Source: Thermoproteaceae archaeon
GTDB taxonomy: Archaea > Thermoproteota > Thermoprotei > Thermoproteales > Thermoproteaceae
Assembly (NCBI GenBank): GCA_020833025.1
Contig: JAJHRB010000004.1
Coordinates: 1-39,870, forward strand
Length of the DNA stretch: 39,870 nucleotides
Reading direction: 5' to 3'
Part shown: positions 16,178 to 25,540 of the stretch, piece after piece
Numbering within the stretch: the first letter of the stretch is position 1
Layout: every line of letters starts with the position of its first letter
Made by a program: the position numbers and the translations under genes
The notes under the pieces: generated by a model
Seen by the model: the letters and a program-made list of their open reading frames with translations, nothing else
Told to the model about the DNA's origin: nothing
The model's database searches: none

Positions 16178-17098
16178 TCAAGCCCCGGCCCTCTGCCTTA
16201 TGGCACCGCGAGCGCACAGTATTGCGCAAGCGCCGCACCCCGTGCACGCCGGCAGTATCTGCGGCGCGCCGCTCGGCGACGGGACCAGCGCGGGGCATCC
16301 CGACTTCAAGCACTCGCCGCACCTATCGCAGAGCAGCGGGTCCACCTCGTAAGTCCCCCTCCTGGGGGCGTAGCCGACAACACGACTCTCGAGGAGTCGG
16401 CACGCATCCCCTGGCTCGTCTAGCACGACGGCATAACCCCCCAGCTCCGCAACGCGCTCCACCAGCCTGTCCCGCGCTCTCGCCACTGTAATCACGGGCC
16501 CTGCCCTGTAGCCGCCGGCGAGCATGCCGAGCGCTATCGCGCTCGCCTTAAGCGGCGGCAGGTAGACGTCCACTATCTCGGCGATCTCTCCGGGCGCGTG
16601 CCACGTCGGAATGACCATGTAGTCTGGGGGCGGCTTCGCGCGCGGCTCCAGCCTCACGTCCGAGACCACCACGGGAGCGGCGTCGAGAAGCCTCACGGCC
16701 GCGTAGATACACGCCATCAGCGGGAGGAGATAGTGGCCCACTGTGACGTTCTCGCCCCCCGAGGCCCACCTCCACGGGCGCAGGTAGTGCTTGTTAAACG
16801 TCGAGACTCTGCGCCTCGACGTGACAGGCCTCGGCCCTCTGTACCCGGCGGGCGTTAAGTGCGCCTCGGAGTAGTCGGCAGCAGCCTCAACGTCGCCAAA
16901 GCACGGGAGCTCCGGGGGGCATGGCGAGATTAACAGGGCTCCCCACACGGCATTTCTAGCGGCCTGGAGGGCCCCGGCCGAGGGCTCGGCGTAGACAAGC
17001 ACCCGCCTAAAGGTAATTGAAAGGCCTGCCGCTATGCCCAGCCTCTCGTCATCGCTGTACTCATCGCCGTCCACGATGAACTCTATCGCGCCGCGCAT
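16178..17098 (-). CDS. Truncated/divergent indolepyruvate:ferredoxin oxidoreductase alpha (IorA)-like protein with a C-terminal 2x[4Fe-4S] domain
   Basis: CDRCGECLKSGCP and CTGCGACAILC; IorA-like segments ERLGIAAGLS and FNKHYLRPWRW. About half the length of typical IorA. Confidence 0.7.
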   Translation of the reverse strand: MRGAIEFIVDGDEYSDDERLGIAAGLSITFRRVLVYAEPSAGALQAARNAVWGALLISPCPPELPCFGDVEAAADYSEAHLTPAGYRGPRPVTSRRRVSTFNKHYLRPWRWASGGENVTVGHYLLPLMACIYAAVRLLDAAPVVVSDVRLEPRAKPPPDYMVIPTWHAPGEIAEIVDVYLPPLKASAIALGMLAGGYRAGPVITVARARDRLVERVAELGGYAVVLDEPGDACRLLESRVVGYAPRRGTYEVDPLLCDRCGECLKSGCPALVPSPSGAPQILPACTGCGACAILCARGAIRQRAGA

Positions 17099-17120
17099 GC
17101 CCGCGCGCCCGTAAATCCTA

Positions 17121-17528
17121 TCAGCGGAGTGCTCCCAGCCTCACCAGCAGCCTCTTGAGGGCCTCCTTCTCGGCCGGAAACTCGTCGAGCGGGCGCGGCC
17201 CATTTAGCCTGACCCACAGGCACTTCTCAGACAGGTAGACGTCCCCCGTCTTCAAGTTTACCGCGAGCGGGAATATCTTGCACGCGAGCGGCTTAATTTC
17301 ATGAATGGTGCACCTGCCGTTGCGGTTGAACGGGCACGCGCCGCGAATAATCCACCTGTACAGCCTCACCCCATTGTACTCGCCCGCCGGAGTGAAGTGC
17401 AGCCTCGCGCCAATTCTCCTCGCCTCTCTCGTCAACACGTCTATCTCGTCCTCAAGCACTACCGGCATGTCCTCAAGCCCCTCGAACTTGCAGCACTCTG
17501 CCGGGCAGAGCACAGGGCATGTAAACAC
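17121..17528 (-). CDS. YkgJ-family cysteine-cluster protein
   Basis: CPVLCPAECC...CPFNRNGRCTIHEIKPLACKIFP pattern. Confidence 0.85.
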   Translation of the reverse strand: MFTCPVLCPAECCKFEGLEDMPVVLEDEIDVLTREARRIGARLHFTPAGEYNGVRLYRWIIRGACPFNRNGRCTIHEIKPLACKIFPLAVNLKTGDVYLSEKCLWVRLNGPRPLDEFPAEKEALKRLLVRLGALR

Positions 17529-17615
17529 TGGAAACTCACGTCGCGGCTTTAAGCGCTGCTGCCCGCGGCGAGCTTAAGCTATAATTTTTTTTAAGCCGCA
17601 GCGCAGCCGGCTCGC

Positions 17616-17693
17616 ATGTCCGCTAAGAAGGAGAAGAAAGAGGCAAAAGAGGCAAAGAAGGAAGCGAAAAAGGAGGAGAAGAAGAAGAAGTAG
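17616..17693 (+). CDS. 25-aa Lys/Glu-rich micro-protein MSAKKEKKEAKEAKKEAKKEEKKKK (not in the ORF track)
   Basis: ATG about 25 nt after TTTTTAAG (17588-17595), giving a leaderless geometry. Ends in tandem TAG TAA. Fills the gap before the rpl14e promoter. Confidence 0.6.
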   Translation: MSAKKEKKEAKEAKKEAKKEEKKKK

Positions 17694-17740
17694 TAACATT
17701 GTCGCGCATAGCTTTAAGTAACCCCCTCCCCTTTTTCCCG

Positions 17741-18064
17741 ATGGCCAAGGTCATTGACGTGGGCAGAGTAGTCGTCAAGCTGGTGGGGAGGGAGGCCGGG
17801 AGGAAGGGCGTGGTGGTTGACATAGTGGACGAGAATTACGTGCTCATAACCGGGCCCAAGTCTTTGACAGGAGTCAAGCGGAGGCGCGTGAACGTGAATC
17901 ACATTGAGCCAACAGATAGGAGAGTTGAAATCAGGAGGGGGGCTTCAGACGACGAGGTCCTGAAGGCGCTAGAGGACGCGGGGCTCGTCGAGTACATGAA
18001 GCAGAGAGTTAAGCCGAAGCTCGGAGAGCTGGCGGCACTCGACATTCCCAAGAGGGGAATTTAA
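17741..18064 (+). CDS. rpl14e: 50S ribosomal protein eL14
   Basis: VGRVVVKLVGREAGRKGVVVDIVDENYVLITGPK..GVKRRRVN..HIEPT; TTTAAG at 17713-17718. Confidence 0.95.
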   Translation: MAKVIDVGRVVVKLVGREAGRKGVVVDIVDENYVLITGPKSLTGVKRRRVNVNHIEPTDRRVEIRRGASDDEVLKALEDAGLVEYMKQRVKPKLGELAALDIPKRGI

Positions 18065-18117
18065 GCCGGCGCGCGGGCGCCGCGAGCAGCTTTAAGTGAT
18101 GCTGGTAGAGGGCCTGC

Positions 18118-19164
18118 GTGCGGGCCCCGCCGGGCTGTGGCGGCAGGGAGGTGTTTGTGAGAGCTCAGGAGCTCACGAATCCGGAGTGGGGCAAGCCGCC
18201 GCACAAGCGCGGCACCGAGGAGTACATTACGTACTCCATGGTCGTACTCGACAAGCCCCGGGGTCCCAGCAGCCACGAAGTCGCCGCGTGGGTAAAAAAG
18301 ATCCTGGGCGTTAACAGGGCGGGGCACGCGGGGACTCTGGATCCCAAGGTCTCCGGCGTGCTGCCGGTAGCAATAGCGGAGAGCACGAAGGCCCTAATTG
18401 CTCTCTCGAGGGCGGACAAGGTCTACGTGGCGGTAGCGAAGTTTCACGGAGATATTGACGGGGAGAGGCTGAGGGCCGTGATACGGGAGTTCCAGGGCGC
18501 GATATACCAGAAGCCGCCGCTGAGGTCCTCCGTGAGGAGGAAGCTCAGAGTGCGCCGCGTGTACTCGCTAGAGCTGCTAGAGCTGGACGGCAGGTACGCC
18601 GTGTTGAGGATGCACGTAGAGTCAGGAACCTACGCGAGGAAGCTAATCCACGACATAGGCGAGGTGCTGGGCGTTGGCGCCAACATGAGAGAGCTGAGGA
18701 GGGTGGCCGTCTCGTGCTTCAGCGAGAACGAGGCCGTCACGCTCCAGGATATCGCCGATGCGTACACAACCTGGAGGAAGTACGGCGACGACAGCTATCT
18801 GCGCCGAGTGCTGCTGCCGGTTGAGGAAATAACACGCCACCTGCCCAAGATATGGGTAAGAGACGGGGCAGTTGACGCAGTCTGCAACGGGGCGCCGCTG
18901 GCAGCCCCTGGCATAGTTAGGCTCGAGCATCCGTTCTCGGCCGGCGATCTCGTCGCGCTCTTCACTCTCAAGGGCGAGCTCATCGCCTTGGGGCGCGCCG
19001 CGGTCGACAGCGAGGAGGCCAAGAAAATGGAAAGGGGTATTGTCGTCAGGACGGACCGCGTGATTATGAGGCGCGGTACCTACCCGCCGTTCTGGAAAAA
19101 GAGGGGCGAGAGGGGGGCGGGGAGCGCGGAGGGGCAGCAGGCAGCTACTGCAGGCGGCAGCTGA
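18118..19164 (+). CDS. cbf5: H/ACA RNA-guided pseudouridine synthase Cbf5
   Basis: [50 protein letters not shown] domain. Confidence 0.97.
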   Translation: MRAPPGCGGREVFVRAQELTNPEWGKPPHKRGTEEYITYSMVVLDKPRGPSSHEVAAWVKKILGVNRAGHAGTLDPKVSGVLPVAIAESTKALIALSRADKVYVAVAKFHGDIDGERLRAVIREFQGAIYQKPPLRSSVRRKLRVRRVYSLELLELDGRYAVLRMHVESGTYARKLIHDIGEVLGVGANMRELRRVAVSCFSENEAVTLQDIADAYTTWRKYGDDSYLRRVLLPVEEITRHLPKIWVRDGAVDAVCNGAPLAAPGIVRLEHPFSAGDLVALFTLKGELIALGRAAVDSEEAKKMERGIVVRTDRVIMRRGTYPPFWKKRGERGAGSAEGQQAATAGGS

Positions 19165-19215
19165 GGGGCAGCGCCGGGGTTAGAAGATTTTAAGGGGCGC
19201 GCTAATTCACTGGCC

Positions 19216-19494
19216 ATGAGCCTGCGCCGCGTAGTAATTGACGCGGCAATACCAACAAAGGGCGTGACCATAATTGACGTGGCCAGGGAGCTCCAGAGAG
19301 TAGAGGGCGTGAGGGCCGTCAGAGTGACAGTGGACGACGTCGACGTCGACGTACTCGGCCTGATTATAGTGGTCGAGGGGGAGGGCATAAACTTCGAGGG
19401 GCTAGAGCGCGCCCTGGAGAAGATCGGCGGGGTTGTCCACTCAATAGACGAGGTCGTCGTCGGCGACTACACGCCCGAACTTGAATCAACGTGA
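19216..19494 (+). CDS. DUF211-family protein
   Basis: LRRVVID...V+GV..V.VTV.D+D...I.VEG..I.F...I...GGVVHSIDEVV pattern. Confidence 0.85.
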   Translation: MSLRRVVIDAAIPTKGVTIIDVARELQRVEGVRAVRVTVDDVDVDVLGLIIVVEGEGINFEGLERALEKIGGVVHSIDEVVVGDYTPELEST

Positions 19495-19991
19495 GGTACC
19501 TGGCCCTCGGGATACTAGACGGGCTGATCGCCGCCGGCACTCTCTCGGCATCACTGATCCTACAGGGGCGCGGGATGGACATGAGATTGCTGTCCCCGCT
19601 CATCATAATTGTCGCGTCAATCAATTCCCTCACCTCCTTTGTTGCGGAGTTCGCCCACCAGATGAAGAGCATCGGCGAGCTGACCTACAAGTTATCGTTC
19701 AGGAGGGCGCGAGACTGGACCCTCCTGCATAGCCGCGCGTTTTACCGCGCGGCCAGATCCGCGCTAGAGAATTTTGCAGCCTCGGCGGCGGGGGCCGCGG
19801 CCGTGTTACTGCCGGCGTGCTTGCTGCCGAGTCTGTCCATCATGGCAATCGCGGCCCTGACGGCCGCGCTCAGTGTAATATTCGCGCGCGGCTCTGGCGT
19901 CGGGCTCTTGGCGTTCATGAGCGCAATGAGCGCGGCTGTTACCGCCGGAATTCTAATAGGCCTGGCATTCCCTATAGTAGTGCCAGCTTAA
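19491..19991 (+). CDS. Multi-pass membrane protein, VIT1/CCC1-like
   Basis: YLALGILDG N-terminal motif and several hydrophobic helices; coupled to the DUF211 gene. Confidence 0.65.
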   Translation: MRYLALGILDGLIAAGTLSASLILQGRGMDMRLLSPLIIIVASINSLTSFVAEFAHQMKSIGELTYKLSFRRARDWTLLHSRAFYRAARSALENFAASAAGAAAVLLPACLLPSLSIMAIAALTAALSVIFARGSGVGLLAFMSAMSAAVTAGILIGLAFPIVVPA

Positions 19992-20013
19992 AATCCCGCC
20001 AGCGCAGTCAGGC

Positions 20014-20472
20014 GTGGCCGCGCTGCCCGTAGAGTATCTGAGGGCCACGAGAATTGTAAACGAGGTAGTAGACGGAGTTGAGGTGATATCATTTGAGGTC
20101 CCGACGCACAAGTACTTCTCAAGGGGCGAGGTGCCCTACCTCTCCCTTGCTCTGGACGTCGATATCAGGAGGCTCGAGAGCATGATTTCCGACATGAAAT
20201 ACGGCAGAGTTGTTGTGGAGAAGCTCTGGGCTCACAGGCTGGATAGCGACATCGCGCGGGAGGTGAGGCAAGTGCTGCTGCCGGATCTCACTATGAACCA
20301 GGTTAACGGCGAGGCCGAGGAGCTTGAGGGAGTGAGGATCCTCAAGCTGCACGTAGGCCAGCTTAGGGAGTTCATCAGGATCCTCGTGCGGGCGCGGCAC
20401 AGCTTCAAAGAAATTGTAATACACAGGAGGCCGCCGCACCCGGCCATCGCCAGGTATATTGCATATCTCTAG
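20014..20472 (+). CDS. Hypothetical protein
   Basis: 152-aa ORF, GTG about 25 nt after TTAAAA, host codon usage. Confidence 0.7.
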   Translation: MAALPVEYLRATRIVNEVVDGVEVISFEVPTHKYFSRGEVPYLSLALDVDIRRLESMISDMKYGRVVVEKLWAHRLDSDIAREVRQVLLPDLTMNQVNGEAEELEGVRILKLHVGQLREFIRILVRARHSFKEIVIHRRPPHPAIARYIAYL

Positions 20473-20494
20473 GCCAGGCGCGCCGGCGAGAGCC

Positions 20495-21427
20495 ATGAGA
20501 GTTGCCGTCGTGGGAGTCGGCAGGTGGGGCGCGAACCACGTGCGGGCGCTGGCAGAGCTAAGGGCGGAAGGCCTTGTTAGTGAGATACTCGCAATAGACA
20601 AGGACGGGGAGAGATTAAAATGGGCCGAGAGAGTTTACGGCGCGCGGCCCCTAAGGGGCATTGAGTGCGCGCAGGATCTGGACGTAGACGCGGCAATAAT
20701 AGCCACTCCCACGTCTCTTCACTTTGCACACGCCGCCCTGTTTCTATCGCGTGGAATTCCGACACTGGTGGAGAAGCCGTTCACCGCAACGCTGGACGAC
20801 ACATACAGGCTGCTGGACATTGCCGGCAAGACTCTCGTGACGACAGGATACCTCCTGAGATTCCACCAGGGCGTGAGGTACTCAAGAGACGCGCTGGCCG
20901 GCGTGGGGGGCGCACTCGCCGCCCTCGCGAGGAGAACCTCAAGCGGCAGGGAGCGCAGCGTTGATGCCGGCGTCATCAAGGACCTGGCAATACACGACGC
21001 GGACCTGGTGACCTACATCACAGGGGCGAGGGCAGAGTGCGTGCGCGCGCAGGCCATCGCGCCTGGAGGCCAGCGCGAGGAGCACGCGCAAATTCTGGCA
21101 GACTACGGGAGTCTGATTGCAGCGTTTGAGGCCAGCTGGCTCGTGCTCTATACTGACAGGAGGCTCGAGATTGTCGGAGGCAGCGGGACGCTGACAGTAG
21201 ATTTCGTGAGAGAGCGCGTCTGCCTCCACGCCCGCGGGGAGTCGCGCGAGCTAGCGGTGGGGGCGGCGGACCCCCTTTTGGCGCAGGACAGAGAGTTCTT
21301 AATGGCGGCGGCCGGCAGGGGGGGAGAGGTCGTCAGCCGTGAGGACATAGTCTACACGATGCGATTCTGCGAGGCCGCAACGCTCTCGGCGAGGGCCAAG
21401 AAAGCGGTCTGCCTCGACGAGCTCTGA
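20495..21427 (+). CDS. Gfo/Idh/MocA-family NAD(P)-dependent oxidoreductase
   Basis: VAVVGVGRWG, IIATPTSLH, LVEKPF, DLAIHDAD. Confidence 0.92.
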   Translation: MRVAVVGVGRWGANHVRALAELRAEGLVSEILAIDKDGERLKWAERVYGARPLRGIECAQDLDVDAAIIATPTSLHFAHAALFLSRGIPTLVEKPFTATLDDTYRLLDIAGKTLVTTGYLLRFHQGVRYSRDALAGVGGALAALARRTSSGRERSVDAGVIKDLAIHDADLVTYITGARAECVRAQAIAPGGQREEHAQILADYGSLIAAFEASWLVLYTDRRLEIVGGSGTLTVDFVRERVCLHARGESRELAVGAADPLLAQDREFLMAAAGRGGEVVSREDIVYTMRFCEAATLSARAKKAVCLDEL

Positions 21428-21918
21428 GGGTCGCGGCGGCAGTGCGCCGTCACAGTAAATATACTCTCGAAGAACATGTGAAGCGCGGCGGCCCTCACTA
21501 TGACGCACTGAGCCTTCAGCGCGTCGATAATCAAATCCGCGCGCCCCAGAGAGCTGAAGGTGATGATCACAGTACGCGGCCTCTCTGCGGATACCCACCT
21601 GAGAAGCCTCTGTATCATGCCCGTGTCGTGAACCGCCGGGTCCAGCGGCTCCTCGGGCGGCAGGTAGGGCGGGTTCGACACGACAGTGTCCGCGCGCCTC
21701 ACGGCGTCCAGCGCGTTGCCGCACACCACATCGACGTGGTCGGGGCAGGACTTGCACGCGTTGGCGTCCACGTCAATTGCCACAACCTGCCTGCACTTAC
21801 CGGCGAGCGCCGCCGCGAGGGCGCACGAGCCGGAGCCCACGTCGACACAGATATCGCCTGCCGCCCCCTCGAGGGCCCCGAGCGTGAGGTACGTGTCCTC
21901 GGCCGGCTGGTACACCAT
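21352..21918 (-). CDS. HemK/PrmC-like SAM-dependent methyltransferase
   Basis: MVYQPAEDT, VDVGSGS, VAIDVD, VSNPPY, ITFSSL. ATG coupled to the upstream TGA (TGATG). Confidence 0.88.
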   Translation of the reverse strand: MVYQPAEDTYLTLGALEGAAGDICVDVGSGSCALAAALAGKCRQVVAIDVDANACKSCPDHVDVVCGNALDAVRRADTVVSNPPYLPPEEPLDPAVHDTGMIQRLLRWVSAERPRTVIITFSSLGRADLIIDALKAQCVIVRAAALHMFFESIFTVTAHCRRDPQSSSRQTAFLALAESVAASQNRIV

Positions 21919-22730
21919 CAGCGAACGGGCAGGGAGTAGAACAGTGCCGGCGCGACGAAGAACGCAAATAGCGAGTACAGCAGCGTGCGCTCGTAACTGC
22001 TGCCGGTCTCGAGCGCGTGAAATGACGCGTGGGTAAACGCCGTGAGGAGCGGCACCACCGAGGACGCTATCTGGGACGCGGTAACCAAGTAAGGCGCGTT
22101 GAGCGCCCGCGCGAGCTCGACTGCCATTAAGTGAGCCGCGGGGTATAGCGCCAGGGGGTAGACTCCCAGTACTGCCCTCGGCGGCGCTATTCTCCTGCGC
22201 GAGAGCAGGTGAATTATGAGAAGGATTCCGAGTGCCGAGGCGAGAGACGCGGCGAGGGAGAGATAGGGGCCTGGATCTACCGGGGGCGTCAGGTAACACC
22301 CGGCGTATATGACGCCAATGAGCACGAGAGGCGGCTTGTAGAGCGCCCCGATTATGAGCGACGCAATCCAGCCTAGGAGCAGCATGAGCGATATTGCGCT
22401 CGAGTGAGGCGAGACCGAGAGCCACGCCGCAAGCGACTCAATTTTAAGCGGCAAGAGGAGTTTGCGGGAGCCGGGGCGCCCCGCGTTTAGGAGAATGTAG
22501 ACTGCTCTTCGACCGGTTTCCGTTAGGTAGACCAACGAGTCCTCCCGCCTGACGAGCCCGAGGCGCTCCAGCGCTGACACCTCTGCCACGACCGCGTGGG
22601 GGGGCATGTTGAGGGCGTTGCAGAGTCTCGCCAGCGTCAGCGCGCCGCTCTTATGCAGCGACATGAGAATGCCCCGCCGCGCGTTAGAGGCGGCCTCGCG
22701 CAGCGCTTGCTCGACGGCGGCGCCGCTCAT
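21918..22730 (-). CDS. wHTH domain fused to a multi-pass membrane domain
   Basis: N-terminal RRGILMSL..GALTLARL...V..EVSALERLGLVRRE...YLTETG, followed by about six hydrophobic helices. Confidence 0.75.
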   Translation of the reverse strand: MSGAAVEQALREAASNARRGILMSLHKSGALTLARLCNALNMPPHAVVAEVSALERLGLVRREDSLVYLTETGRRAVYILLNAGRPGSRKLLLPLKIESLAAWLSVSPHSSAISLMLLLGWIASLIIGALYKPPLVLIGVIYAGCYLTPPVDPGPYLSLAASLASALGILLIIHLLSRRRIAPPRAVLGVYPLALYPAAHLMAVELARALNAPYLVTASQIASSVVPLLTAFTHASFHALETGSSYERTLLYSLFAFFVAPALFYSLPVR

Positions 22731-22780
22731 AGTTAATATCGGGCGGAATTGTTAAAAATACTGAGCTGCACGGGGCACCC

Positions 22781-23065
22781 ATGGCGGCAGCGCTAGAGCA
22801 GACAATACTAGTGGGCAAGAAGCCGACAACAAACTACATAATCGCGACGGTAATGGCGTTCAATGCCGGCGTCAGGCGCGTGACGCTAAAGGCACGCGGC
22901 GCGGCGATCTCCAAGGCCGTGTCGGCCGCAGTGATGGTGAGGGACAGATTCCTGCCAGGCAAGGTGCAGATAAAGGACGTCAAGCTGCTGAGCGACAAGG
23001 TGCGCGCACAGGAGGGCAGAGAGAGGACGGTAGCCGCGGTGGAGATACTCCTCGAGATGTCCTGA
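22781..23065 (+). CDS. albA: DNA/RNA-binding protein Alba
   Basis: ILVGKKPTTNY, VTLKARGAAISKAV, RTVAAVEI. Confidence 0.95.
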   Translation: MAAALEQTILVGKKPTTNYIIATVMAFNAGVRRVTLKARGAAISKAVSAAVMVRDRFLPGKVQIKDVKLLSDKVRAQEGRERTVAAVEILLEMS

Positions 23066-23121
23066 GAGAGTCCGCGGGAAAGGGCACCTCCCCCTTTTTG
23101 CGCCAAACCAAGACCGCCAGC

Positions 23122-24399
23122 ATGGCCTTGGCCGCGCTCGTCAACTCGCTAGAAAATGCCCGGTACTACGATCCCCCCTACGGCGAGTTCTCAATCGCCA
23201 GAGCGCTGAGAGAGTCCGAGGGCAGGTGGACGCCGGTGTTCAGGAGAGTCCGCGAGAGATTCACAGGCGTCGGGAACTTGCTGGACGCCAGGAAGAAGCT
23301 GTACTTATATCTCGGTGCCTCCAGCGACGAGGATGCCTACACCAAGCTGCTCTCCGCGATGGAGAGCCCGATGAAGCTCGAGGCCGTCGCGTCGTGGAGG
23401 GACCTGTACAGAGAGCTTGAGTCGCTCGCCGAGCTGCCAATGGTGCGATACTACGAGAGAGAGGCGCGGCCCTACATAACGGCGTCAGTGGTGGTGGGCA
23501 GGGGGCCTGGCAATCTCATGAACGCGTCAATTCACAGAGTGTCGCCGGTGGGCGCGAGGAGGGCCGTCGTGAGACTAGTGCCGCGGCACCTGTACTACAT
23601 TCACGAAATGAACATGAGGGCAGGAGGCGAGACTCCCGTCGCCATTGCGTGGGGGACTCACCCGCTCGTGCTCGTGGCCGCGGCATCGTCGCCGCCTCTG
23701 GGAGTCTTCGAGCTGGAGGTTGCAGCGCGGCTCGCGGGCGGGCTCAAGGTAATCGAGCTTGACAACGGCGCTGTCGCTCCATTCATGGCCTCCATCATAA
23801 TCGAGGGGTTCATCACGAGGGATCTCGCCGAGGAGGGCCCATTTGTGGACGTGCTGGGCACGTACGACAGAGTGAGGGCGCAGCCGACAATTAGGGTCGA
23901 GAAGATATACGTGCTGCGCGAAGACGCGTACGTCCACTACTTGCTCCCCGCCGGGGCAGAGCACGCACTGCTCATGGGATTCGACAGAGAGGCCAGAATC
24001 TGGAGGGCTGTGAAGTCGGTGGCCCCCGGGGTGAGGAAGGTCAGGCTGACTAGGGGCGGCGCCGGCTGGCTCACTGCCGTGATATCCCTCGAGAAGTCGT
24101 CTGAGGGCGATGCAAAGAACGCGCTCCTGGCGGCGTTCGCGGCGCACCCCAGCCTCAAGATCGCCATCGCCGTCGACGGCGATATAGACCCGGACGACCC
24201 GGTGGCGGTCGAGTGGGCCGTGTCAACCAGGCTGAGAGCCGATCGCGGCATTTTTGTAATACCTTACGCGAGAGGGTCGAGCCTGGACCCCTCAGCGCTT
24301 AATGAGGAGGGGCTCACGCACAAGGTCGGCATAGATGCAACGAGGCCGCTAGACGCCGACTCCCTGCTTTTTGAGCGCGCAAAAATACCCGAGGCCTAG
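23122..24399 (+). CDS. UbiD-family prFMN decarboxylase, probably anhydromevalonate-phosphate decarboxylase
   Basis: NASIHR, RHLY, EEGPFVDVLGTYD, EH..LMG, IAVDGDID, GSSLDPS, KVGIDAT; in an operon with both AcnX subunits. Confidence 0.88.
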   Translation: MALAALVNSLENARYYDPPYGEFSIARALRESEGRWTPVFRRVRERFTGVGNLLDARKKLYLYLGASSDEDAYTKLLSAMESPMKLEAVASWRDLYRELESLAELPMVRYYEREARPYITASVVVGRGPGNLMNASIHRVSPVGARRAVVRLVPRHLYYIHEMNMRAGGETPVAIAWGTHPLVLVAAASSPPLGVFELEVAARLAGGLKVIELDNGAVAPFMASIIIEGFITRDLAEEGPFVDVLGTYDRVRAQPTIRVEKIYVLREDAYVHYLLPAGAEHALLMGFDREARIWRAVKSVAPGVRKVRLTRGGAGWLTAVISLEKSSEGDAKNALLAAFAAHPSLKIAIAVDGDIDPDDPVAVEWAVSTRLRADRGIFVIPYARGSSLDPSALNEEGLTHKVGIDATRPLDADSLLFERAKIPEA

Positions 24400-24406
24400 C
24401 GGGCTC

Positions 24407-25540
24407 GTGGGCTTGCGTGAGGCGCGCGAGTACGCGAGAGAGGCCGTCCTAAAGGTCGCGGACGCGGTGTCAGGCGGCGAGGTCGTGCCGATAGACACGG
24501 CACACGTCTCTGGCGTGTCCTACCTCACGATAGGCGATCACGGCGTTGAGTTCCTCAAGCGCCTGGCGTCGCTGGGCGCGAGAGTCTCCGTCTTCACCAC
24601 GGCGAATCCAGCGGCAGTTGATACAGGCGGCGTCCTTGAGGTCGACAGGAGAACGGCAGAGGCGCAGAGGGAAATCATTGCGGCGCTCAGGGCGCTGGGC
24701 GTCAGCGTTGTCCTATCGTGCGCTCCCTACGAGTTCGTGCTCGTCAGGCCGAGAACCGCGCACGCATGGGCAGAGTCAAGCGCTGCCGCCTACATAAACA
24801 CATTCAAGGACGCCTGGACTGACAAGGTCCCGGGGCCTCTCGCGCTGCTGTCAGCGATTGCAGGCTTTGCCCCGAGGACGCAGCTCTACACGCCCGAGGG
24901 CCGGCGGCCGACCGCACTAGTGAGGGTCGCGTTCAAGCCGAGGGACCCCCTGGAGGCAGGGATCGTCGGAGCGCTGATAGGCGAGAGGCTCGGGCACGGA
25001 GTGCCCTACGTCAGCGGGATCCGGCTTCCCGACGAGGCCAGCAGGCGGGAGTTCGCAGCCGCGCTCTCGACATACTCGTCCATTGTCTTCGCCGTCATCG
25101 AGGGCGCGACGCCCAACTGGGCTGAGTACGCGAGGGCGGCCGACCCCGGCGAGCGCATTGAAATCGAGGGCAGCGACGTGCAGAGGCTTCTGAGGTGCGC
25201 AGGAGTGCCAGATGCAGTGTATGTAGGGTGCCCTCTCGCCGACGTGGAGACCGTGCTCTGGGTCATTAACGAGGTGGCGAGGCGGGGGCCCGCGAGAAGG
25301 CCCGTGTACGTCTCCACGTCGCCGGCTGCGTACAAGCTCGTCGAGAGGCAGGCCAGGGCCGCGTTGCGGCTCAACGTCGTGATTCTCGCCGGCTCGTGTC
25401 TCGTCGTGAGCCCGCACGCGCGGCGCCTCAAGTCCATCGCGACGGACTCTGCCAAGGCGGCGTTTTACATCAGCAGGCTTCACGGCATTAGGGTCTCTCT
25501 CTGCAGGCGCGAGGACTGCATTAAACTGGCCTATGCATAG
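24407..25540 (+). CDS. Aconitase X catalytic subunit (DUF521), probably phosphomevalonate dehydratase large subunit
   Basis: AHVSGVSY.TIGD.G, TTANP, SCAPY, AWAESSA, VYVGCP, GSCLVV, TDSAKAAFY. Confidence 0.88.
   Translation: MGLREAREYAREAVLKVADAVSGGEVVPIDTAHVSGVSYLTIGDHGVEFLKRLASLGARVSVFTTANPAAVDTGGVLEVDRRTAEAQREIIAALRALGVSVVLSCAPYEFVLVRPRTAHAWAESSAAAYINTFKDAWTDKVPGPLALLSAIAGFAPRTQLYTPEGRRPTALVRVAFKPRDPLEAGIVGALIGERLGHGVPYVSGIRLPDEASRREFAAALSTYSSIVFAVIEGATPNWAEYARAADPGERIEIEGSDVQRLLRCAGVPDAVYVGCPLADVETVLWVINEVARRGPARRPVYVSTSPAAYKLVERQARAALRLNVVILAGSCLVVSPHARRLKSIATDSAKAAFYISRLHGIRVSLCRREDCIKLAYA

Noticed and set aside
21352-21427. 76-bp convergent overlap of the methyltransferase and oxidoreductase genes
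   Set aside because: The methyltransferase tail looks non-conserved (stop read-through), which is common in these genomes.
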